This document shows, piece after piece, positions 34,521-44,627 of a stretch of DNA of 59,765 nucleotides. A program made the position numbers and the translations under genes. How positions within the stretch are numbered: the first letter of the stretch is position 1; the number at the start of each line of letters is the position of its first letter. The notes under the pieces were generated by a model that saw nothing but the letters and a program-made list of their open reading frames with translations, was not told the DNA's origin and searched no databases. The DNA comes from a virus (lineage: Duplodnaviria > Caudoviricetes), in IMG/VR virus record IMGVR_UViG_3300037311_000053, positions 1 to 59,765 of that record. The stretch is one strand, 5' to 3'.

Positions 34521-37094
34521 CTATGTGTTCTGATATTGACGATCAATTTGCTGCGAGACGAATAAATCCAGTCCCCCAGCGGTGCTTTGAGCCAGATAGC
34601 GAATGTTCTGATACCCAAGCGAAAGGACCGAAATATCAATGCTCGGATATGTCGAAGCGTCGATCAGGGTTGAGAACACGCCGGTCGTGGCGTTCTCAAT
34701 CCCGTCGATCTGGTTTGTCGTTCCTGCTTCAAATATCCGAACCTCGGATGGGTTCTGAAGGTTTGTCACAGAAACTTGGACGGTTTCAATCGGGTATAGG
34801 TTTGTGCTTTGCGCCGTGCTCGTCGTGACCATCGCCGCCCTGATGTTGGTCAACAGGTTGGTGGCGTTGGCGACCGCGCATGTCGCAATCACTCGCAATT
34901 TGAAGCCCACAGATGGGCTGATGACTTCGGCAAATAGGTTGGTTTGGTTCAACGTCTTGACCGCCCCGAAGCCTGAGCCGGTGTCGATCTGGTATTCCAT
35001 TGTCAGGTTCGCGGTCAGCGTCCCCGTCAAAGTCGGGCCTGTGTTGGCGAAACTGGTGAAGCCCTTGATGTAGTGGTCGGTTTCCCAGATGACCTGATCT
35101 CCAACGGTGGTCATCAAAACCGACCCCGATGAATTAAACCGTGGCGTTCCAGAGACGATGTAGCACTGGCTTGCACTATCCGCAGTGGGTTCGTTGCAAG
35201 TTACTTCGACAAAACCAGCGGTATCGCTCGTGAATCGGGATGCCCAATGCGTCCCGTAAACCGATACCTGCCCCGTTGTGGCCGATGTGTACCGGCACCC
35301 CTTAATTGTCGCGTTCAATCCAGCCATCACCGAAGCATCGGCGTCATCTGCAAAGACATTCTCAGCCACAATGTCATTGTCCGAGTTCAAGAAGGTCCAA
35401 AGGCCCGTTCTCGTATTCGACACATAAATTTGCTTCATACGGATATTGTCATTGTTGCCCGCACCATTGACGATCACCGCGCATTGGTTTGCGCTGCCAA
35501 AAGAGAAGCGAGAGGCAAATGTCCCGATATTCTTAACCAGCGTTTCATAGCATGAGGTCAAGTTCACCAGACCGTTATATGGCTGCATATTTGTCAGTGA
35601 CAAAAAGTTCATTCCGTCGACAACAAGGCCCAAAGTTGCAGCCGAAGCGTCCACTGCATACTGCCCGAATGCAGTTGTTGTTGCGCCCGAAAACTGGTCG
35701 GCATATCCCAAATTTGTTATGATCGGCCGAATGTTGCCAATCAGCGCCATTCTCGCCCCGATGCACTCGCAGTTCAACCAAGTACAATCGACGTTCTGGG
35801 TCGCCGTCCATGTCCCAACTGTAGCGTTGCCACGGTTGAGCAAGGTCTGAGACTTCACATTGTTGAACGTGACGTCCTTATTGAAGTTCGCCGTGTTCAC
35901 ATAGGCGCCACCCGCAGCAAGGCTAAACCGAGCGGCCAATACATCCGTCACATTGCCACCGCCGAAGCATGAAACAATATTCAGCGCAAAGTTCAATTGG
36001 GCCTGCGTTGGCGAGACGATTACATTATTGATGTCCAGCGGCGCTGAAATTTCACTCTGTACAAGAGTGTCGTTTATCGCGCTATCATATACTTTCGCCC
36101 TGAAAGCCTGAGCGAAGTTGCAATACCACTGGACCACCGCGCCATCGATGTCGATGTCACCAGCGTTAGTCGTCACAAACTCTTGCCGAGTAGCCAATGT
36201 GGCGTTCGGCAAAACTCTCGCGCCAGATCCGCTGACCGTTCGGGTGCAAGTGGTCAAAATCACATTCGGTATGCGAACCTTGCATCCGGTCGGAGGCAAG
36301 AAGCCCACGTTATTCGTTCCATCCGAGCCGATACGAATACCGCTCGTGGTCTGCCATACCATCTTGCCGCGCTCGTCGGTCGGGGCAGTGGACAAAGCCA
36401 CCATCGAACCAACGCCAGTAAACCGCTCATAGACGCCCGAACCCGCTGCCGTCTCAATCCAGACGCCGGGGAATGTCCCTGCAACCGTTCCGGTGCAAGG
36501 GCAGGGCAAAATCTGGCCTCTCGTGCCGTTTGTCGTGCCCAACTCGAACCAATCGCCGGTCACTTGAAACTTTCCAACGCGGGGAACGGTTATCGTCGCT
36601 GTGTCAGCGCCGCGAACCTCAATCCATCCGACAACATCCGCGCCCGATGCGGTCGCGCCAATGCCTGTCAAAGCCCCAGCCGCGAAGTTTCCGCCCGTCT
36701 TGTTCTTTACCTTTATGAAGCCCGTAGCAGGCATTGCCGCGCCTGATGCCGTGTTCTCTACCTGCCAACCGGACCAGACCCCTAGAAAGATAGCCGAAAC
36801 GCCGCCTTGGCTTATTGTCGCGCCAATGGCAGGGACGTTGCCCGTACCGCCTGTGTAGGCAATGACGCGGACATTCGTTCCATCAATCTTGAGTGTTCCG
36901 CCCGTCCCCGAAAATGATACTGTATCAAGCGAGCCAAATGCCGTGCTGTGGTTTGCGCATACATGGCCGTCCGTGTCGATCAGCAGTGTCGTGTTGTTCG
37001 AGATGGTATATGTGTCCAAAGTGGCATTGGTAGAGCCGCCAGAAAGCGTGTCCCAATTCGTCGTGGCCCCGCCATTCACGGTAAAGGCGGTCAT
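34521..37094 (-). CDS. Large beta-rich virion structural / fibre protein
   Basis: 857 aa, Gly/Thr/Asn-rich, beta-helix-like centre; ends with DRQYQNT. Confidence 0.75.
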   Translation of the reverse strand: MTAFTVNGGATTNWDTLSGGSTNATLDTYTISNNTTLLIDTDGHVCANHSTAFGSLDTVSFSGTGGTLKIDGTNVRVIAYTGGTGNVPAIGATISQGGVSAIFLGVWSGWQVENTASGAAMPATGFIKVKNKTGGNFAAGALTGIGATASGADVVGWIEVRGADTATITVPRVGKFQVTGDWFELGTTNGTRGQILPCPCTGTVAGTFPGVWIETAAGSGVYERFTGVGSMVALSTAPTDERGKMVWQTTSGIRIGSDGTNNVGFLPPTGCKVRIPNVILTTCTRTVSGSGARVLPNATLATRQEFVTTNAGDIDIDGAVVQWYCNFAQAFRAKVYDSAINDTLVQSEISAPLDINNVIVSPTQAQLNFALNIVSCFGGGNVTDVLAARFSLAAGGAYVNTANFNKDVTFNNVKSQTLLNRGNATVGTWTATQNVDCTWLNCECIGARMALIGNIRPIITNLGYADQFSGATTTAFGQYAVDASAATLGLVVDGMNFLSLTNMQPYNGLVNLTSCYETLVKNIGTFASRFSFGSANQCAVIVNGAGNNDNIRMKQIYVSNTRTGLWTFLNSDNDIVAENVFADDADASVMAGLNATIKGCRYTSATTGQVSVYGTHWASRFTSDTAGFVEVTCNEPTADSASQCYIVSGTPRFNSSGSVLMTTVGDQVIWETDHYIKGFTSFANTGPTLTGTLTANLTMEYQIDTGSGFGAVKTLNQTNLFAEVISPSVGFKLRVIATCAVANATNLLTNIRAAMVTTSTAQSTNLYPIETVQVSVTNLQNPSEVRIFEAGTTNQIDGIENATTGVFSTLIDASTYPSIDISVLSLGYQNIRYLAQSTAGGLDLFVSQQIDRQYQNT

Positions 37095-37103
37095 ATTCTA
37101 TCC

Positions 37104-38543
37104 TTACGGGTTCGCGTATTGGCGTTCGAGGCTGGCAACCAGCGAGATCGAGTTGCTGACAGAACGCCCAATCACGCCCGTCGCCTTAACGTGCTGTCCT
37201 GTCGCTAAACCGATTCCGATGACTGTGATCGCGGCATCCGTACCCGCAGTGCGTCCACCCTGCACGTTGCCATCATAGTTGAATGACTTTGTGATGGACG
37301 AAGCGCCGCCCACCGTTCCGGTCATGTCCGCGCCGGCGTCGTCATCGACAAGAAGCGCGCCAGATTCACCGAAGTCATTGTTGGCGCCAGGGAGCGTGCT
37401 GAAATACACGAAATATTTAGCGCTTGCGTCGTTCTTCAGATTGTCTCCGAAGTTGATTGTCAGCGCAGCAACGAATGGGAACGTGCGCTCAGTTGCGGTA
37501 TTGTCACGGAAGACAAGGCGGTTGATGTCGACAGTCTGATAATCGTCGATAAATACGCCGGTTCCCCCACCATCGGGGTTGGTCGCGTTTTTCGTCTTCA
37601 GGGTGTCGCCAACAAACTCAAGAAGTTCATCAGCAAGTTTGCCGGTCAGCGAGCTCGCATCGGCATCAATGTCGCCCGACTTGCGGAGCGACCATTGCAC
37701 AAATTCGTAAATCTGTTCTGCCGTGCCGCCATTGCCGTCGATGATAATACCGAAGTTGCGGTTCGTGCCACCGATGCTGCGAACCTGTGGGGTCGCATAG
37801 TATGTGATCGACATGCCATTATACGGCGCGACATCGGCGGTCCCGTCCGAGTTGGCGTCGATCTGGACATCTGTATGTGTGATTTTAAGGTCGGTCGCGG
37901 TCGAAGCGTCGAGGGCGAATACCTTTGGTGCAGCAAGCGAGCTTTCGCCGTTGGCAATGGTCGAGGAGAGCGAATACCGCTGCCCCTGTTGACGGTTGAA
38001 AACCTTGATGTTTGACGTGCGAGAAAAGCCATCAACGTAGTTTCCGTCACCATTTGGATCGGAGATAATCTGGACAGCGTGATTGACTGGACCAACCTGT
38101 TGGAAGTTGGTCGCCGTTCCAACGCCGCTCGTGCCGTCAAGTTGGAAATAAAGCTGGTCGTTCGATTCCGTTGAGCCGGTAGTTTTGATACCTGCCCAAT
38201 GCTGGGTTACGGCGCCGGATACATTGCGAACAAGCCAGCCACCATTGCGCTGCAGATACCGTCCGGCGTCATTGAAGAAGTCCCAGCCAGCGACAAACTC
38301 GAAAAATTCGTCCGTGATAGGAACCATCGGAAAATCGAAGGCCGCAAGGTTCTTCGTGTTCGGGTCGTTCCGCCATTCTTCTTTCAGGAACGAATAGAGG
38401 GCTTTAATGGTTACGCCGTCCGCAGACAGGTTGCCCGTCGAGTTCAGCTTGATCGTTTTGGTGGTCGTGTTGATGAATACTTCGGTCGAGCCATTGTCGA
38501 GCGCACCATCATTCAACAGATCAGGATCAGTGATTAAAGCCAT
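37104..38543 (-). CDS. Virion structural protein
   Basis: 479 aa, MALITDPDLL...ALYSFLKEEW; ends with ERQYANP. Confidence 0.75.
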   Translation of the reverse strand: MALITDPDLLNDGALDNGSTEVFINTTTKTIKLNSTGNLSADGVTIKALYSFLKEEWRNDPNTKNLAAFDFPMVPITDEFFEFVAGWDFFNDAGRYLQRNGGWLVRNVSGAVTQHWAGIKTTGSTESNDQLYFQLDGTSGVGTATNFQQVGPVNHAVQIISDPNGDGNYVDGFSRTSNIKVFNRQQGQRYSLSSTIANGESSLAAPKVFALDASTATDLKITHTDVQIDANSDGTADVAPYNGMSITYYATPQVRSIGGTNRNFGIIIDGNGGTAEQIYEFVQWSLRKSGDIDADASSLTGKLADELLEFVGDTLKTKNATNPDGGGTGVFIDDYQTVDINRLVFRDNTATERTFPFVAALTINFGDNLKNDASAKYFVYFSTLPGANNDFGESGALLVDDDAGADMTGTVGGASSITKSFNYDGNVQGGRTAGTDAAITVIGIGLATGQHVKATGVIGRSVSNSISLVASLERQYANP

Positions 38544-38582
38544 CGGTTAAAATTCTCCAAAGCGCATAGCGCTGTTGTCTGT

Positions 38583-40643
38583 CTATCGGTTCAAGTTGTC
38601 GAACCGCTGAAAAATGGTTTGCTTTTCCGCTTCTGGTTTGGCCTCAGCCGCAACCGCAGGATCACCCCCTTCCTCTGGTTCGGTGAGCGATACTGGCTGA
38701 GCCCAAACAGGTTCATGGCCTTTGCGCCAATCCCTGCCTTTGCGATCGGGTTCCAGCATTTGCCGCCCAGCTTCGGTGTAAGCCAAAAGGTCGAGGGTTT
38801 CGTTCGGGCCATTGCGGACCCATTTTCCCTCGACCTTAACCTCGTTGAATATTTCCTCGAACGCCGTGACCGGCATATCGCTTGGGAAATACACTTGCCC
38901 CGCGCTGCCATCCTCGACAGCGAGAGCATCAATCTGATCATCCTTGAGCGCGTCGACGCCCAGAGTGTGCATTGTCACCTTGGGCTCGACCTTCTGGCCC
39001 TCGCTATCCTTGCTGATAAAAGCAGGGGTAGGACTGAGGGACGGCCTGTTTCCGCCAACGCCCTTGATGCACCGTACCTTGCGCCACGTTGCCCAGCGCT
39101 TGACATCCATACGTCGCGCAAATTCATAAGCGCGCCACATCGTATTGCCGTCTCCGGTGTCGATCACCGTGACCGCAACCGGCAATGCCTTCTCTGGGTC
39201 GGACGCCAAAGGAATAAGCCGGTCGATCACCTGCTTTTCCAATACCATCCAGTCGTCTTGGACCGACTTCGCGCTAATATCGCGCATGATGCCGTCCTTG
39301 TGCTTGCGCTGCCGGATGGTGAAGCGGTCGATCACGCATGACCGGCTCTGCAAATCCCAGCCACGTAGCATGACGTCAAACTTGCTATGGCCAACGTCGA
39401 CCGCGGCAAGTTCTTTAGTCCGGCGCCGGAGTGAAGCCGCGTCCAGACCACTTGCATCGCCAGCACCTTCGTATGCCTCGCCAAAGGTGCGGACCAAGAC
39501 CTGTTTGAGCTTTTCGGTTTTACCCGTCCGCTCGTGATGCTCGACCGCCGCTTCCATTTCCTTGGCCAGTGAGGGCAAGGTGACTTGCGGAACCATCAGG
39601 ACATGGACCCAAAAGCCCATTGTTTCTCCGGTATCGGCATCTCCGATCACGCCCGATTTTACATCTAGGCTTTGACCCTCGTGCATAAAGCACCCCTTGC
39701 CGATCATTGCGACCCGCTGGGCATCATCAATCACGCACCCGTTATTCGGGCATAACATGACCGCTGTTTGCTCGGCGCGTTTCAGGCGTTCGCCAATTGG
39801 CGTGCGCTCTGGCGATTTTTCATAATTCAGCCGGAAGCGGGGGACATCCTGCCAATGCTTTGTCGGATATGGGCTGGCCCATTCCTCACAGTGCGGGCAG
39901 GGCATCACATAGATACCGCGGCTCGATTGCAACCATGCCTGCGCTATGCCACCGGACCATCCGATGTCAGCGTGCGCGCAAGCGTAAATCTTTCTCTGGT
40001 TGCCCACCATGCGTTGACGCTGGCGGCCCTGCTCCAAGAAGTTGGAGGCGAATTTCTTATTGTAACTGTCCGGCTCGTCAAAGACGATCAGTTTCGCTTG
40101 CCGGTTGGTCGTGGTCTTTGCCGACATGGCCATCAGCTCGATACTGTGACCACCAATCCGTTTCAGCGTCAGTTTGTTGTCGCTGGGTCCGCTGCCTACC
40201 TTCTCGGCAACTCCAGCGTGGTCCTCAAAGATGTACCGAAATTCGCGGTCAGCGTAACTCGACACTTCGCCTGGACCAGCGAGATACCACATGACATCGC
40301 CTGCAGGTCCAAACTCAAACATCTTGAGCGCGTAATTTTCAGCAATGACCGTTCCACCGCATCGCGCTGGCTTCGGAACAATAACCTCTCGGACATTGTT
40401 ATCGTCCATAGCTGCCATGACAGCCGGAGCCCAAGGAGCCTTTTCAATGGACCATTTGACCTTCGTTCCATCATCCTTGCGGAATTTCCGAAACTCGATC
40501 GAATATTGGAGCGTTGATATTTCGCGCGGCGGGAGAAGGCGAACCAACTCACCGCGAGCAATCTCAGTCAGGCTTGCACAATATGCGTCAGATGCCAGTA
40601 ACCGCGCCGTCTCCGCGATTTCCGCTCTCGACAAGACGCGCAT
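38583..40643 (-). CDS. Terminase large subunit, lambda GpA family
   Basis: Deviant Walker A KPARCGGT, Walker B IVFDEPD, CPHC...CPNNGC, AAVDVG and IDTGDG nuclease motifs. Confidence 0.93.
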   Translation of the reverse strand: MRVLSRAEIAETARLLASDAYCASLTEIARGELVRLLPPREISTLQYSIEFRKFRKDDGTKVKWSIEKAPWAPAVMAAMDDNNVREVIVPKPARCGGTVIAENYALKMFEFGPAGDVMWYLAGPGEVSSYADREFRYIFEDHAGVAEKVGSGPSDNKLTLKRIGGHSIELMAMSAKTTTNRQAKLIVFDEPDSYNKKFASNFLEQGRQRQRMVGNQRKIYACAHADIGWSGGIAQAWLQSSRGIYVMPCPHCEEWASPYPTKHWQDVPRFRLNYEKSPERTPIGERLKRAEQTAVMLCPNNGCVIDDAQRVAMIGKGCFMHEGQSLDVKSGVIGDADTGETMGFWVHVLMVPQVTLPSLAKEMEAAVEHHERTGKTEKLKQVLVRTFGEAYEGAGDASGLDAASLRRRTKELAAVDVGHSKFDVMLRGWDLQSRSCVIDRFTIRQRKHKDGIMRDISAKSVQDDWMVLEKQVIDRLIPLASDPEKALPVAVTVIDTGDGNTMWRAYEFARRMDVKRWATWRKVRCIKGVGGNRPSLSPTPAFISKDSEGQKVEPKVTMHTLGVDALKDDQIDALAVEDGSAGQVYFPSDMPVTAFEEIFNEVKVEGKWVRNGPNETLDLLAYTEAGRQMLEPDRKGRDWRKGHEPVWAQPVSLTEPEEGGDPAVAAEAKPEAEKQTIFQRFDNLNR

Positions 40644-41253
40644 CAAATTCCTTTATGCAATCTTCACAGGCTCGGTGCATCGCAGCGGCAACACCGCGCA
40701 AATGCTCGTCAATCAGCCTTGAAATCTCTGGGGGAAGCGCGCCGGTCGGATCTGTCTGGACTTTCACGCCCAAGACGCCCTGCACGGCGGCCGTGTTATA
40801 TCTCACCATGAAATCAGCGAATAGAGATGCTGGGATGTATCCCCGTTGCTTCTCTTTCGCGTCAGTCAGTTTGAGCGTCAAATCGACCTGCTTGGTCAAT
40901 TCGCTAAATTCTATTGGTCCTTCGTCACTCGTTTCCGCGCCGACCTGCTTCATGACCGTCTTTGCACGGTTTGAACGCCGGTCGCGTTCCGAGCGATAAT
41001 GCTCAAGCAATATCTCGGTCGTTTTGACCGGATCAAAACTCCAAGCAATTCCTTGGCCGCCACGCACGAATGCGTCCGAACCATCAAAGGCTGGCACGCT
41101 GTCCAGCCATTCCTTCAGAGCAACCCATGACACATCAAGCAATTCGCTCATCTGCGATGCTTCAAGGTTCTCACCAGCCGGTAGGGCCTTGGCTCTTTCC
41201 AGAGCGGCCTCAAGCCGTGAAATGCGAGCCTTAATGTCTATGGAACGCGCCAT
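40588..41253 (-). CDS. Terminase small subunit
   Basis: HTH-like SQMSELLDVSWVALKEW, GGQGIAWSFD; overlaps the TerL start. Confidence 0.8.
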   Translation of the reverse strand: MARSIDIKARISRLEAALERAKALPAGENLEASQMSELLDVSWVALKEWLDSVPAFDGSDAFVRGGQGIAWSFDPVKTTEILLEHYRSERDRRSNRAKTVMKQVGAETSDEGPIEFSELTKQVDLTLKLTDAKEKQRGYIPASLFADFMVRYNTAAVQGVLGVKVQTDPTGALPPEISRLIDEHLRGVAAAMHRACEDCIKEFDARLVESGNRGDGAVTGI

Positions 41254-41383
41254 TACAAAACCTCGATCGGCGCTAAAATGCAGGCACCGCGAAAGGGTCG
41301 CGTCCGAAAGCGATGCCTGCAAAGTCTGCTAGGGAGGAAAGCTATTCCGGTTGCGGGAGGCGCAACTGTAATAACGGAACAAT

Positions 41384-41412
41384 CAAATATGAAATTTGTC
41401 CCCATGCGTCAA
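41384..41412 (-). promoter_or_regulatory. Candidate late promoter (pR'-like)
   Basis: TTGACG-N17-TATTTG just after the Q-like gene, upstream of a structured leader and terS. Confidence 0.5.
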
Positions 41413-41413
41413 A

Positions 41414-42151
41414 CTACTTTTTCAACATGTCGTATGCGGCGACCAGTTCAGCCACAATATCGCGGAAAACCGCCTTTTCGGTCCCGTTTCTTTTCTTCGC
41501 CAACCGGATGGCTTGCCGCGGTGAAGCGTCATGGAGAACAACCGCATCGAAGAATGGGAGATACCTCGGCGTCATCTGTGACCGAGCCATGCGCCACATA
41601 TCTTGCATGTCGATCTGCCAGTCTGAAAACATGGACCGAGATTGCGGGGCTGAGAATATCTCCTTGGTGTAATCGGTCGAAGGGATGTTGCCGGTCAATC
41701 CGGTCGCCTCATAGACGTCACGATACCACCGGCAAGCGGTGAGCCCGTTCATCTCGATCACGCCGGACAAGAAGAAGTCATCGACATGGCTCATCAACTT
41801 ACGCCGCACGGTCGCTACGCTACGCACTGTTCCCTTAATGGTATCGGCAACGAATGGCTCAAAGCGTCCACTGGCCAGTAACTCAGGCGTAGGGGGGATA
41901 ACCGTCTCGTCAAGGCAAGCTGTGTTGCCGTTCTTGAAAGCGTCTTGCGCGTCGAAAAGCGCGATCTCGGCCTTCTCGTACTCCCCCATGCGGCGAACGA
42001 GATCCGCGACGCGAGACTGCTCCGCCTCCTTATGCTTGCGGCCCCGCTCTATTGCCCGCTCGGTTGCATCCGTCTTATGGGGCTGGAACCGCACCATCTC
42101 TATGAATGCGGCGGTGAAGCCAATCACCAAGTCCGACTTCTCAGTTACCAT
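41414..42151 (-). CDS. Putative late regulator / antiterminator (Q position)
   Basis: Last early gene before the terminase; sigma-region-4-like helical C-terminus. Confidence 0.6.
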   Translation of the reverse strand: MVTEKSDLVIGFTAAFIEMVRFQPHKTDATERAIERGRKHKEAEQSRVADLVRRMGEYEKAEIALFDAQDAFKNGNTACLDETVIPPTPELLASGRFEPFVADTIKGTVRSVATVRRKLMSHVDDFFLSGVIEMNGLTACRWYRDVYEATGLTGNIPSTDYTKEIFSAPQSRSMFSDWQIDMQDMWRMARSQMTPRYLPFFDAVVLHDASPRQAIRLAKKRNGTEKAVFRDIVAELVAAYDMLKK

Positions 42152-42365
42152 CTTGCGCCCCCTTGTTCCTCTTGCCGTAAAGCCGTTCAGCGCATTGCTC
42201 GACGTAAACCTGATCAATGCTGGAATTGAGTTGGTTCGGCCCGATGATGACCAAGCCCATTTCGTGCCACGCCTTCGCCGCAAAGTGTTTCCACCCCTCT
42301 GGGTTAAGGTCGCGCATCATCGGCGCGAATGCGGTCAAACTGGTGCGGCTGCGCTCATCAGTCAT
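42141..42365 (-). CDS. Hypothetical protein
   Basis: AAGGAAG RBS before MTDERSRTSL. Confidence 0.6.
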   Translation of the reverse strand: MTDERSRTSLTAFAPMMRDLNPEGWKHFAAKAWHEMGLVIIGPNQLNSSIDQVYVEQCAERLYGKRNKGAQDGN

Positions 42366-42662
42366 GACCGCGACTTCCTTTCGCAATCCAAATAGAAACG
42401 GACCCAATCAAGACGAAGGCCCCGACTAACAGCAACCTTTTCGGGGTTGATGCGAGCCAACTCGGAGGCGCTGGCGTTTGCAAGGTCGACGAGCAATAGA
42501 CTAAGGTTTTTCCATTGTGGGTTACGCTGTTCATCCTTCATTCCTCACCCTTGAGGAAATAAAGCAAAGCCGCTCCAACTATGTAGATTGCTGACTCCAC
42601 TGCATGATCGTGAAGACCGAGAATTACGCCCAAGGCACAAAATACCATCGCTGTTAAATGCT

Positions 42663-43118
42663 TCATGATTTATCTCCCTCATTCCCCTCAGCGCCAATCT
42701 TCAATTCCGAAACCAGTGCAGCCAGTTCCTCAGGCTTCACCCGTTCTTCATCAGGTATCGGGCGCCTCCATTCCCGCTCGTGCTTTAATATGAGCATCTT
42801 GGCCTGACCCTTTTTGAATTTCCGCATCTTGCGGGGGTACTCAGCCAGTTCGATGATCTCTGAGACATCGGGGAACCACTTGTTCTCCCGCATCAACCGG
42901 CCAAAAGCGTAACCCAGATCGACCCGTGAATAGTCCTTCAGGACCGTTACAAACGTCGCCAAGATCATCTTGCTATCGGTTGCCGTGGCCTTCCGAGACG
43001 GCTTGATGCTCAGGGCAATGATCTGCTTCTCGATCCACTCAGGCTCGGCCAAGGGCGGCTCAGGATGGTCAACAAACTCCCGAAGGATTGCTGTCGTCTC
43101 AGGGCCAATCACCGGCAT
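42663..43118 (-). CDS. Replication accessory protein (helicase-loader-like position)
   Basis: KWFPDVSEI motif directly after the initiator; start uncertain (ORF is open to 43259). Confidence 0.6.
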   Translation of the reverse strand: MPVIGPETTAILREFVDHPEPPLAEPEWIEKQIIALSIKPSRKATATDSKMILATFVTVLKDYSRVDLGYAFGRLMRENKWFPDVSEIIELAEYPRKMRKFKKGQAKMLILKHEREWRRPIPDEERVKPEELAALVSELKIGAEGNEGDKS

Positions 43119-43941
43119 CTGGTTCAAAGACTGTGGCCTTTCCACCAACTCGTTCAGCTTGGAGTTCAAGGTGGGCTTGGAACATTGGGTTGTGAGTGAT
43201 TGGCTCTGGCCCGCCAAATCCGTTCTGACTAAATCCTGTCCCATTGTTCGATTTCCCAAATTCTACCGTGTTCAAAACCCAAGTTCCCCAAGCTGCTTGC
43301 CAGTCAGAGAATTTACTGCCCCGCGATCGATGGTTTGCTCGAAAGCGGTCAGCCTGAAACTCCAACCGACCAGGTGGCCAGCCGTCGACGATGCCACGAG
43401 ACTTTGTTCCCAGACCGAACGGTTGAGGCTCCCAATCGTCCGGCAATGGAATTGGTGATGTCTTTTCAGTTTTTGGTTTCCGCGCACTCGTGCGCTGAGA
43501 TGAAGAACCGTTAGGTTCTTTATCTCTTGTTCCCTTGTTTCCTTGTTCTTTTGTGTCCCGCTCCTGTCCCGCTCCTGTCCCAACTTGCGTCCCACTGGCT
43601 GTCCCATTGATGTCAGAAACGTCCTGATATTTGTCGTAATTACATATAGTTATGAGTAATCGGCCTGTCCCACTATGCGTCTCAATCATCGTCTCGGTTT
43701 TTAATCGGGTCAGAAACCGCTCGGTGGTCGATTTTGGCCATCCCCATGCTTCCCCAAGGTGTCGGATAGACACCGATAATTGGCCGCGCTCGACGGTCAC
43801 GACCTTGCCATTGACGTCAAACTTCGTTGGCTTCCATGCGGCCTTCATAAGCAGCCACAGCCACGCACCGAGACGGTCTGCATGACCCTTGAACAAGGGA
43901 TGCTCTGCCGCATCTCTATATGCGACGATGAAGCCACTCAT
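43099..43941 (-). CDS. Phage replication initiator (O-like)
   Basis: AWLWLLMKA...RGQLSVSIRHLGEAWGW...ITICNYDKYQ; C-terminal LPDDW...DWQAAWGTW. Confidence 0.88.
   Translation of the reverse strand: MSGFIVAYRDAAEHPLFKGHADRLGAWLWLLMKAAWKPTKFDVNGKVVTVERGQLSVSIRHLGEAWGWPKSTTERFLTRLKTETMIETHSGTGRLLITICNYDKYQDVSDINGTASGTQVGTGAGQERDTKEQGNKGTRDKEPNGSSSQRTSARKPKTEKTSPIPLPDDWEPQPFGLGTKSRGIVDGWPPGRLEFQADRFRANHRSRGSKFSDWQAAWGTWVLNTVEFGKSNNGTGFSQNGFGGPEPITHNPMFQAHLELQAERVGGKATVFEPDAGDWP
43525..43605 (-). repeat. Replication-origin iterons inside the initiator gene
   Basis: Five GGGAC(A/G) units at 11-12 bp spacing (+ strand 43554, 43565, 43576, 43588, 43600), followed on the coding strand by purine-rich AACAAG repeats. 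Confidence 0.7.
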
Positions 43942-44627
43942 GCGGCTTCTCCTTCCGCAAAGAGATTGCCTTGACGCATTTCCATCTCAATGCGCTTGCA
44001 GGCACGTTCAAAGTAAACAGGGTCGCTCTCAATGCCGATTGATGGACGCCCAAGACGATGAGCGGCAACTATTGTGGAGCCACTTCCCATGAACGGGTCG
44101 ATGACCACGCCGTCCGGTAACTTCTCCATCAGTTTACAAAGAAGCGCGACAGGCTTCTCATTCGGATGGAGGCGACCATTCTTCGCCATGCTTTGAACGG
44201 GTGGGCAGTAAATGACCGAACCGCTGTCTCGACGCCCTACAAAGCGCTCAGGCTCTCCCAGAACATAGATTTCTTCGTGATCTGGCTTCCACGGTATTCG
44301 CAGGTCGCCCATGCCCAAAGCGCCGCCCTTGTCCCAGACAAGCACCATGCGCGTTCCAATAGGTTGTTCCTTCGACCATTTACCGAAACAGAGGGTAGGT
44401 ACGTCGCCGATCAGCGATAGAACCTCATCCCGCACCGAATTGTCTTTATCGTTACGGATGTTGCTTTCCGACCATAGGGCGTCGGTCGCATAACCGCTGG
44501 TATAGTCATCGCCATAAGGACTGTCAGTGAGGCAACACGAATACGCACCATCGGGCAGGGAGCGAAGAACGTCCCTGCAATCGCCTAAATACAGCGTTGA
44601 ATTGCCGATGATGACCTTCTCACTCAC
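43938..44627 (-). CDS. DNA methyltransferase (N4-C/N6-A, beta class)
   Basis: GDC, TDSPY (motif IV), HPNEKP, DPFMGSGS (motif I). Confidence 0.9.
   Translation of the reverse strand: MSEKVIIGNSTLYLGDCRDVLRSLPDGAYSCCLTDSPYGDDYTSGYATDALWSESNIRNDKDNSVRDEVLSLIGDVPTLCFGKWSKEQPIGTRMVLVWDKGGALGMGDLRIPWKPDHEEIYVLGEPERFVGRRDSGSVIYCPPVQSMAKNGRLHPNEKPVALLCKLMEKLPDGVVIDPFMGSGSTIVAAHRLGRPSIGIESDPVYFERACKRIEMEMRQGNLFAEGEAA

Noticed and set aside
40345-40375. Terminase Walker A defective (GGT instead of GKT)
   Set aside because: Lambda GpA-type terminases use a deviant motif with the Lys at the start (lambda KSARVGYS); KPARCGGT fits it.
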